NCBI GenBank assembly: GCA_000165425.1
Contig: CT868012.1
Location: 248,001 to 274,475, forward strand
Direction: 5' to 3'
Source: Paramecium tetraurelia
Lineage: Eukaryota
Length of the DNA: 26,475 bases
The stretch's first letter is position 1. Every line of letters begins with the position of its first letter. Below, in pieces: positions 1 through 9,654 of the stretch. The notes under the pieces were generated by a model. The model worked only from the letters and a program-made list of their open reading frames with translations, did not search any database and was not told the origin of the DNA. Made by a program: the position numbers and the translations under genes.

Positions 1-2
1 TA

Positions 3-2301
3 TGTTCTGCAGGAGAAAATCATACTATCATAGTGAATAATAAGAATGAAGTTATAGGGTTTGGTGACAACTAATTTGGGTAATTGGGATATGAATCAAA
101 TACTCAACCGAAATTGAGTCCCATATTCAAAGATCAAAGGATAACTAGCGTAGTTTGTGGAGCTGAACACACATTTATGTTGACAGCTAAAGGCGAAGTT
201 TATTCTTGGGGTTTAAATTTGAAAGGCCAATTAGGTTTGGGTTGTTTCGATAACATAAGTCAGCCCACTCTCGTATATGGGTTATTACCATTTGGTAATA
301 GTAATGGGAAGGCAAGAGAACAATAATAGGGTCATAAGCGGATGAAGAGTGCCAATGAAGGGGATTAGTCTACATCTCCAGGATTGAAGGAGAGATCTTC
401 ATCAATCGACAATATAATGGAGTAGCTTGTGATGATGAAAGAAAAGATTAAATAGAAGAATACGAATGAGAATTTATGTTAGATTCTATTATAAAATGAC
501 GAAGCAGTTTAATAAGTCGCATGTGGTGCATTACATACTTTAATATTGACTAACAAGAATAGAATTTTCTCTTGTGGTTTTGGTGAATCATATGCATTGG
601 GACACTAAGAGAATTAGACAATAAGTGAGTTTAAATTAATTTAAAATTTATATCATTTTAAAGTGGAGAAAATTAGTTGTGGCTTAGCACATTCAGGTTG
701 TATCATTGAAGGCGGAAAACCTTATTTATGGGGTTTTTGCAAATCCAATAAAGAATTTTACAAATAACCAACTCAAATCAAAATTGTAGATGAATTCAAC
801 AATTAGTAATGCGTATTGGACATGAAGATGGGTGAAATGTATACCTTGTTTTTAACAAGCAAAGGTGAAGTATACTCTATGGGAGATAATATTCAAGGGT
901 AATTAGGAAATGATTTAAACAGTTCTGATGTGCCTATTAAAATTTTGGGTTTGCCATTGATATCACAGATAGCAGCAGGTAGAAATCACAGTCTGGCTTT
1001 GTCTGCAGATTACAAATAAATATATGGATGGGGTTCCAATATCTATGGATAGTTAACGGGATAGCCAAGTGTAAATGGAAAGGGAATCATCTTACCTAAA
1101 TTGTTATTCACAGTGCCTGAAACTCAGAGAATTGTTTGTGGTAATTTCCATTCCATTCTGTTATCGCCATCATATCTCGAGATCATTTTGGATGAAAATG
1201 ACAATTCCAATAAGGAGTAGGATAAATTGAATGAAGAGGTTGAAAAATATAGGAATGAATAAGAAATACTAAAATAATAAAACATTTAATTACAATAAAA
1301 ATATGACAGGATGAAAAATGAATTGTTATCGAAAAAGAAAGTGAAAGACTAAAAAGTGTAAACAACAGAATCGTACATTTAAAGGCAAATAAAAAAACAA
1401 CAATCTAAATTTGATATTTCAGCATTGGAGATCTCCCCAGAGAGACCAATCAAACATAGAATATTTCAATCTAGTTTGGACATAGATTTCAATGACATTA
1501 TGTTAGAGAAACAAATCAGTGAGGGAGGCTATGGAGTGATTTATAAAGCAAAATGGAGGGAAACTACAGTAGCTGTTAAGATGTTTAAGATAGATGGAAT
1601 GAATGAGAATCATATTAGAGATTTTCTATCTGAATGTCATGCCATGGAGGCTTTGAGACATCCAAACATAGTAATGTTTCTAGGTGCTTGTACTAAACCA
1701 CCTAATCTAGCTATAGTATTGGAATATTGTTAACGAGGGTCATTATGGCAGGTGATATAAAATCATGATATTCATTTGACTTGGGAAGATCGAAGGAAAA
1801 TGGCATTGGATGCTGCAAAAGGAGTGTTGTATTTGCATTCATTCAACCCTCCCATTCTCCATAGAGATTTGAAAAGTTTAAATCTGTTGTTAGATGAAGC
1901 ATTTAGAACCAAACTGGCTGATTTTGGTTGGACCAGAACATTATCTAATTATATGACTAGCAAGATTGGAACCTATCAGTGGATGGCACCTGAAGTAATC
2001 GCAGGATAAGTGTACACAGAAAAGGCAGATGTGTTCAGTTTTGGTATCATCTTATGGGAAATTGCTGCCAGAGAACCTCCTTATAGAAGTACTTAATCCA
2101 ATTTATGAAATAGATATCACTGGATTATAAGTGTCTTTGGATGTTTTGAATAACGATTTTAGACCAACTATTCCGAAGAAGACTCCTGAAGTCTTTACAC
2201 GATTGACTAAGAGGTGTTGGGATAGAGATCCAGAGAAGAGACCTTCTTTTAAGGAAATCATAAAGGAACTAGAAATGATGAAATTCCCATAAGGAGTGTG
2301 A
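3..2301 (+). CDS. RCC1-repeat + coiled-coil + TKL/Raf-like Ser/Thr protein kinase (5'-partial)
   Basis: The frame is open from 3 to 2088 with TAR=Gln, then a 25-nt intron at 2089-2113 (GTACTT..AAATAG) and TGA at 2299-2301. RCC1 repeats: [90 protein letters not shown]. Kinase motifs: [61 protein letters not shown]. Confidence 0.95.
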
Positions 2302-2391
2302 TAATTAATATTATATGATTTATTTCTATAAAATTAATCTAAATCTAAACAACATCTCCTTTATTATTATTAATTTTATATTTTCAATTTA

Positions 2392-2759
2392 ATGGCAACA
2401 GGTTTGAATTTATGCTATCAAAAGGTGGTCAAATTTTGAGATATAATGGTGGCACATGTTATGCCATGTGTTAGGATGTCTTCTCATGGTACAACCCATC
2501 AATCCAAATTTGTTGGAAGGGATGTGATTATGCTACTGGGAGAGTGAATGATCCAGTTTTGAGATAGGAAGCAGAAGATATGTGCAAAAGATATACAGCA
2601 GAAGCCATGTGGACCAAAAAGGGAGAATTGGGTATCTAAACAATACAATTATTTTAAGACAACATTGAAGATTTAAGAATACATGCTGACATGTTCCCAG
2701 AAAACCCTAGGAATATTTATAGAGCATGCTTGGCAGGTGTTCGTAGATAAAAATATTGA
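2392..2759 (+). CDS. Small (~105 aa) cysteine-rich protein with twin CX3C motif, function unknown
   Basis: ATG 2392, introns 2402-2424 (23 nt) and probably 2632-2658 (27 nt), TGA 2757-2759. Spliced product: MATGGQILRYNGGTCYAMCQDVFSWYNPSIQICWKGCDYATGRVNDPVLRQEAEDMCKRYTAEAMWTKKGELDNIEDLRIHADMFPENPRNIYRACLAGVRRQKY. GC content is higher than in the flanks. Confidence 0.85.
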
Positions 2760-2807
2760 AATATTAAAATATATAAATAAACATATATAAAACAGTATTA
2801 CTTATAT

Positions 2808-4906
2808 ATGTTCATACCAAATACACTCAGAAACACCAAAATCAATCTCCAAACCTTGAATAACTTGGATTTCGAATTGATGCAAAGGAATTCTGATTTG
2901 GAGACCTTGCAATCCTTCATTATTCCCTTACAATAGTAATTTCATCGACATATTTAGAGGTTTTACAACTGAGCGTGAATTTAAGGATTCCGTCAATACC
3001 ATCAAGTATTTGAAGTTGACTTATCTCATGCAAATGATGTTGCTATATTTTGAATACACTAAACAATATCAAGAAACAACCATCGATCAAATCTTCAAAG
3101 AAGAATTCAGACTAGACTCTGAAATCAGCGAAAAAGAGCATATCCTAGCCAAATCCAAAAAGAATATCACCAAATTAAAACTATAACTATCCTCTGCCAA
3201 TAAAGAATTGAAAAAAATCAAATTGGATGCCTCCAAAAAGGAAACTGTATATGCATGTCTATATTGCACTGGCAAAGCATTCATTTCCATCCCTCTCCTT
3301 GAAGCACATTATTAAAGACATCACATAGATAAATTTGAAAAACCAAAATAAAATTTCTAGGAAACTCTACTTACAGTTCAAACCCTCTTATTGCAATAAT
3401 AAATTAATTCCATGATCAACAATCAGAACTAACAGGACTTCATGTTGCAAACCATGTAATAGGCCTAGTTTATGCAACAACAAGCAGAGGATTCTGATTC
3501 TTCCTAGGACGAAGATCTTGAAGACGAAAAAATGGATGATTATCAAATGAGACAACTTAAGTATGAATTTGAATAGAAGAATCTTGTGCTTTAACAATAA
3601 ATGGAATCGCTACAAAATTATATAGCAGTTCATAGACCTTAAGAAATTCTAGATAAAATTGAGTAAATTGAATACAGAATTGATAATCTCAAGATTCCTG
3701 AACCTGTTAAGGTGGAGGAGAGATTACCTACTCCTCCCCCTGAAAATTATAGTTACAATGCAGGACCTCTGGAGGATGAAATCAGTGAAATTGCTGATGA
3801 TATCTATGATGCTAAGGATCTGCAATAAGAAATTAAAGAGGATGTTACCAATGATTCTAAGAGTGATGATGATTAAAAGGAACCCTCAGTTATTATTGAT
3901 AACCAACAGGAAGCAGCTTTTCTGCAAGAGGAAAAAGAATTTCATCATATGGTCAAATCAGTGAGGTAAAAGAAATCTTAAATTACAAAAGAATTGACGG
4001 ATCATTTCAGAAACATACAATTGGATAATGAATTGGAAAGGAAACTTAAAGAAGTATTGAATGTGAATATGAATGAAATCCAATTTAAAAGTGAAGTAAA
4101 TTTTATTGAATTAACTAATTTAGAAAGAATTGGAGGAATATTTAACCTAATTAAATGGAACTATTTTATTATCAGATAAGAAATAAACAGAAACTAGAAT
4201 AGCTGATCCAGAATTAGAAGAAATCAAAAAGCATGATGGACCCAATGTTATTCAGATGGATTCTGATTATGATAATGATGGAGACGATACATCCAAGGTA
4301 TAATAGTAGAAGGACTTTAAAGGCAGATTGGTTAAGAAATAAGGAAAAACAGTTATTGAATAATCAAAAAATGTTCGTTTTTAATAGATAGAAACACCAC
4401 CATCAAGTTAATCAAACAATTCTGAGGAAGAATATGATATTAATCAAAAAGTGAAAGAAAATGTAAAGGACTTTAAACAACATGGAAAATCATCCAAATA
4501 AGAACCATAACAATTAATGAAAATATAATCAGAAAATAAGATAAGAAATTCTTAGGATAAAGAATAAATTTCATAAATATTGCCACTAGAAAAAAAGTCA
4601 TCTACATAATCTTAACAATAAAAGCATTAATAATAATAATAGTAATAATAATAACAATAACACCAATAATAATAATAATAGTAATAACTTTCAAGCAAAA
4701 GAAAAAGTAGTTTTGAAGATTCAGAAGAATTTTAAACAGAAAATATACAAACTATCTTCTAAACAAAAAAACCAGCATAAATATCTCAATTTGGTAAGTC
4801 TTAAGAATCTGAGATACCACTTCATTAAAATGTTATTAGATCTTAACAATAAAAAAGTTCAATAATAAAAAAATAGTTATATAATGACAGTGAAGATGAA
4901 TTTTGA
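2808..4906 (+). CDS. DZIP1: DZIP1/Iguana-like ciliary base protein (Dzip-like N domain, coiled coil, C2H2 finger, acidic/Gln-rich tail), ~682 aa
   Basis: ATG 2808, introns 2936-2957 and 4096-4123, TGA 4904-4906. The N-terminal INLQTLNNLDFELMQRNSDLETLQSFI...KYLKLTYLMQMMLLYFEYT resembles the Dzip-like_N pattern. It is followed by a coiled coil and the finger YACLYCTGKAFISIPLLEAHYQRHH. Confidence 0.8.
4628..4687 (+). repeat. (TAA)n microsatellite encoding a poly-Gln tract (Q11-H-Q8) inside the DZIP1-like CDS
   Basis: 20 in-frame codons: 17 TAA/TAG, 2 CAA and 1 CAC. Confidence 0.9.
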
Positions 4907-4965
4907 GATTGCCTTAATTATATTATAAATTGATTAAACAAATTAATTATTATTTTTAAAGATTC

Positions 4966-5215
4966 TCATTACTTATGAAATAATTTATACTTGTCCAGAT
5001 ATCAATCTATTATCAAATTTTACTTTGTTCTTTTTAACAACAACATATTCTTAAATTCTTTTAATGCACTCGATTCTGTCGGTGCATAACTAATAAATCC
5101 AACGTATATCCCTCCTCTTTAGTAAAAATTCCGTAAATTCGTTCTAATTGATGCTCATAACTAAAGTTGATGATCATTTATTGTAATTACCAGAGTTGTA
5201 GCTACAATATTGCAT
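4966..5215 (-). CDS. Possible very small hypothetical protein (~60-70 aa)
   Basis: ATG 5215, then a 30-nt GT..AG intron (5190-5161) carrying an in-frame TGA, then VMSINQNEFTEFLLKRRDIRWIYQLCTDRIECIKRIQEYVVVKK. Reaching TGA 4968-4966 needs a second short intron (19 or 34 nt). An alternative start lies at 5158. Confidence 0.35.
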
Positions 5216-5235
5216 ATTTATTTTTATCAATTATA

Positions 5236-8200
5236 ATGAATAATTCAACTTCCTCATAGCAAATTGAACCAAAGAATAAGCCTCTCATACAGGATCATTC
5301 CAACATTTTCTAAATAGAAAAGCGATCAACTTCAAAGATGTTTTGGAACAAGAGAGTAATTCAATTATCGAATGGCATGCTTAGTTATTTCAAAGTTCCA
5401 AAATGTAAGTTAAAATTTGATTTATGAAAAATAGAGTTGAATGAATTAAATAAGATGCAGCCCAAGATATCAGTGATAATAGAGAATATATTATACATAG
5501 GACCTCCAGAAAAAGCAAAAAAGTAAAATTCAATAGAAATAACATTCATGGCTAAAGATGCAATATTCCCTTCTAAAGTGAAAAATAGGAGCACAAACAT
5601 TAGTGTTAACAGTAGTTATGGAAGAGACTTGATGGCTGCTCAACAGCCAATAGTAATCACAAAGAAGAAGGAAATCATAATTTGGGAAATTGCATTTTCA
5701 AAGCCAGAGATTTTAAAAGAGTTCACTCAAATAATTGATAAAGTGAAACATCCAGAAAAATATCAATAATAAGAATAATCATTGCCAAGATAGTTTTAGC
5801 AATCATTACCTTAACAGCCATCTTCATAATAATCCGAAATAATAAAACAGAAAAGCAGTATTCAATAACAATTAGATACCAATGAGAAAGAGAATTAATA
5901 AAGGGAAGTTCAACAGATTTAGTTATAATTAGAAAAATAAAGGTCTGAATAACAATAAAAGTAGGAAGAACTATAAACCTAGTTGCAAAAAGAGAAGGAG
6001 ATTCATTAGACCGAATTGAGGAGTAGAATAGAGAAGGAGTAGTACTTAGAACAAGAAAACTAAATTTTATAGAAGAAGATTGAGGAATAAACAAAATAAG
6101 AATAGTTGTTATTGAATAAGGAAGAATAAAAGAAAAATTTACTTAGGAATAGAATCAAGACTGCTTGGAATTATAATTATTTACAAGCTATAGAATTAGC
6201 TAATATGAAGGATCCTAAAACTATAGAGGAATGTATCACAAATAGTTTTGTGTTGCATGAATCAATTGGAAGAATGAGAGATCATGCGATGGATGTTTGT
6301 TAAACTATTATTGATGAATTATGTTTGCCTAATTAAATGAAAACGATTAAGCCTACAGATTGTTTAAATGAGGATAAATACATAATGTATAGTTAACAGG
6401 ATAATACCATTGATTTTGGAGATGATTTCTATAGTTATGATGGATTATTCATTAAATTGTCATTCTGTCAATTGAAATCTCAGGAAATTCATACTCAATA
6501 GGGGAAGTAAGAGATTTAAATTTATGAAGAGTCTCAACTCAAAGCTTTGGGGAATGGTATTTATTAATAATATTCAAGATAGAATTTCGGTATTTGTCTT
6601 TATTAGCTGAATAGATTGAACTATTGATTTAGGAAGAAAACAATTACCCTTTGAGGGTTCCACTCTCTTGTATAATAGATTACAAAGGAATTAGAGCATT
6701 TGTTTTAGCAGTTCCTCCAATTGATGATTCAACTTTAATTCATGGTCCAACCTTTGATGGTTAATTTGTAACAAACAATGCAATCTAACAATATATGAAT
6801 TAAATAAGTATCAGATTAAATCTGAAATAACATAAGTTTTTTGAAGATGAGATGATTAGTAATGTGATACCAATGAGTTTATTTTAGGAAGTCCATAAAA
6901 TCAACAAAGATTACATCGAATTAAGATGGATAGAAAATGAATAGAATATCAATGAATTCCCACCTTAGAATCTATCTTTATATTATCTATTAAAATGTGG
7001 AGATTTGATGCCTGTTATTCTATTAGAAAATGTTTAAAACACATCCAGATTGAGACCAGAACTCGTAAGAAATTGGAACCAAGCCTTTAAATTCTGATGC
7101 CTATTTGAAATAGATCCAAGCTCTTTGAAACAGAAGCAGATTATAATGAATTAAAGTAAGCATCTAACTGTCTGCAAAATTTAACTATTACATGACTTGA
7201 TTACCAAATTTGAATCCCTTGAATTTCTACCAATTGATTCAAATCAATTAAGTGAACAATTACACCAATTGGGTATCAACATTAAATATATTGGCAAAAT
7301 TTGTTAGATGTGTTAATTATAACATATTAAGGATCTATGTGTATGCGATATGATCAGCAGAGTTTGCAAAAAAGTGTTGAGGAATAATGTAGCAGATTTA
7401 ATGAAAAATCTTAAATATTAGTTATCTCAAAAATTACAGAGTGATCAATCTAATATTTTGGAGTTTTCCATGATCTAAGAATTAAATACTAAAGATGTTT
7501 AAGACATCAAAATTATATTAGAATTGTCATCTAAATTGATAAACGAAAGTTGTCTGGACTTTTTGAATCTACTATTAGGTGTTGGAAAAGAATCTGACAT
7601 ATTTTGGATTTAAATCATTTAAAAATAGATTTGGTATGATTATTCATATAATCTTGATGTTACTTCTAGATATTCAATTTAATACAAAGGAATGTTGCTA
7701 TATTGTCTACAATAGTAGTGCGATATATCCTTTACCATTTCCCCAGCCTTAATCAACGGGATGTTTAAGGAATCCTTCCCTTTAAAAGAAAAACCTCAAT
7801 TCAATGTCCAATCCAAGGCTTATTAATTGAATACATCAAAAATAGCTAGAAAATCGAAGAGGAGAAATATAATGAATCAGGAATAGTTATTTTAATCTAT
7901 CAAATGGTCTTTGGAATTATGTCTTATACGCAAAGAAGGAGATGAGGTCTTCGCTAACCTTTTATGCGAGGAGAGCTGTGAGAATGCTAATAAAGCCTTA
8001 TGTTTTACTAAGCCTGGCCATCCTAGTCAAATTAAGCCCTTGTTGTAAATCATATAGACTAACATGGACAACCTAGAAACAGCCCTTTAATACTTTGAAT
8101 AGATTCTCTAAATACTAGATTCCTACTTTGGATCTTCACATCCTTATTATTTTATCATTTACTCTATTTTTGGACATTATCTAAAGGAAAGCGGGTATTT

Positions 8201-8642
8201 CAATGACACCTTGAATTTATACGAAAGTGCATTGCAATGTGCCATCCGCTTATTTCAGAGTCATCCTTGCATAGCTGATATCTATTCAGATATTGGTTAA
8301 TTGCACTTTTACAAAAAGGACTATGATAACGCATCTGTCAATTACAACAAGGCAATTTCAATTTACGAGAAATGCAATCAATATTAATCCTTTAAGTATG
8401 CCAATATCCTTTTGCTTTAAGGACAACTGCTCTACAATCAATAACAAAATGAATAGGCAAGTGGGTAGGTGGAAACTGCCATAGACATATTGTATCAATT
8501 TGAATATTCCTAAACAGATCTCCTGATTGAAGCAATCAAGTTGCTTATTCAGATTTGCATTTCATAGAATAATTAGGGTAAAACCAACTAATTGAACTTG
8601 CAACTCCAACTCCTGTAGATGAGACACTCTATTATGCAATGA
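5236..8642 (+). CDS. PH domain + coiled coil + CLU (clustered-mitochondria) domain + TPR protein, ~1115 aa, with three apparent 1-nt insertions at 7080-7185
   Basis: ATG 5236, introns 5405-5434 and 6557-6582, TGA 8640-8642. PH-like start: FQIEKRSTSKMFWNKRVIQLSNGMLSYFK. CLU motifs: LKALGNEFR, LRVPLSCIIDYKGIRAFVLAVPPI..TLIHGPT, RLRPELV..LNSDAY, LSEQLHQLGINIKYIG, DMISRVCKKVLR, LDFLNLLLG..SDIFW. TPR-like C-terminus: FGSSHPYY, SHPCIADIYSDIGQL. Confidence 0.88.
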
Positions 8643-8743
8643 GATTATATAATTCATACTTTATATATATATATTTATAGATTTTACTAGAACATCAGAC
8701 AGAATTACAATTATAATATTAATTTAAATTTGAAATAAGTGCG

Positions 8744-9654
8744 ATGAGATTTCACTTCGATCCAAACAATGCTAATAGAATTAAGTAGTAACAACAAGAT
8801 AAACAGCAGAAGTAGCCAAAAATAGAATTACCAGACTCTTAAAATATGGCCCAAACAATTTCGGTGGAATTGCCAAATGAAAATTCAAATATGGTAATCT
8901 CAAATTAAATTCAGGAAGTACATTCAGGCAATGATTAATAGAGATTACCATCAGAATTGAATAAAAACTTCTATGAACCCAAGGAAACATGGGAGAAATT
9001 ACCCGATTATCCCTTGGTTTACTAAGATCTGAAGGTTCCTGAATGCAATCAAAATGAAATATATCTCGCCTTATACGAATAATGTTTTAATGAGGAAATT
9101 GCAAAATTCAAAGAACATTATTCATCATATAAGGAACTAATTTTTTACTGCGAAAAAATGCAAACGATGATGAACTAGTTTCTTACAAAGGAGAGACTAA
9201 TGAAGGAGAAATATTGCCAGCCCACTCAAAAGGACTTGCCCTATCTTATCAAGAAATTAGAGTATCAATAGCAGATTAAAGAGTATGAAAAGTCAATTGA
9301 GAAATTCATCAAAGCACAGTCAAAAATCAAACTCATTTTACAGAATGACATCTAACAACATGTCAGTATACAAATGATTAATCATATCTCTTATGATTAA
9401 TCTTCGAATCATGAGATATTTCATCAAAGAATAAATGAGTTCTTGGAAAAAAATTAAAATTTAAAAGAACAACTACTGGAGAGAACCACCTAACACGTAT
9501 AAATTTCAATTAATCTAATTAGTTCGTGAAGTTATCGAATGATAGCAAGAGAATATAGGAGGAGAATAAGGAAATTTAAAGACAAATTTAGATGTTTGAA
9601 TAAAATTTAGGAAAAAATACAGATTAATTTTAAGTTTTGAATTGTTTCATTTGA
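8744..9654 (+). CDS. Hypothetical protein with C-terminal coiled coil, ~294 aa
   Basis: ATG 8744 (MRFHFDPNNANRIKQQQQ..), open frame in code 6, 26-nt intron 9497-9522, TGA 9652-9654. If one base near 9605 is an overcall, the stop would be TGA 9638-9640 instead. Confidence 0.8.

Noticed and set aside
3..1150. RCC1 gene as the exocytosis gene ND6, forming a trichocyst cluster with the TMP gene
   Set aside because: This protein carries a kinase domain, lies more than 16 kb from the TMP gene, and nothing indicates functional clustering.
3659..3964. 101-aa plus-strand ORF (also 8293-8484)
   Set aside because: Off-frame overlaps within the DZIP1-like and CLU genes.
5385..6094. Hydrophobic minus-strand ORFs (also 1183-1365, 3087-3597, 8781-8990)
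   Set aside because: Antisense shadows of purine-rich, K/E/Q-rich plus-strand genes.
7123..7128. CTT-TGA identical to the bacterial prfB +1 shift site
   Set aside because: Eukaryotic context, and it is flanked by two other TTT overcalls, so coincidence is the simpler explanation.
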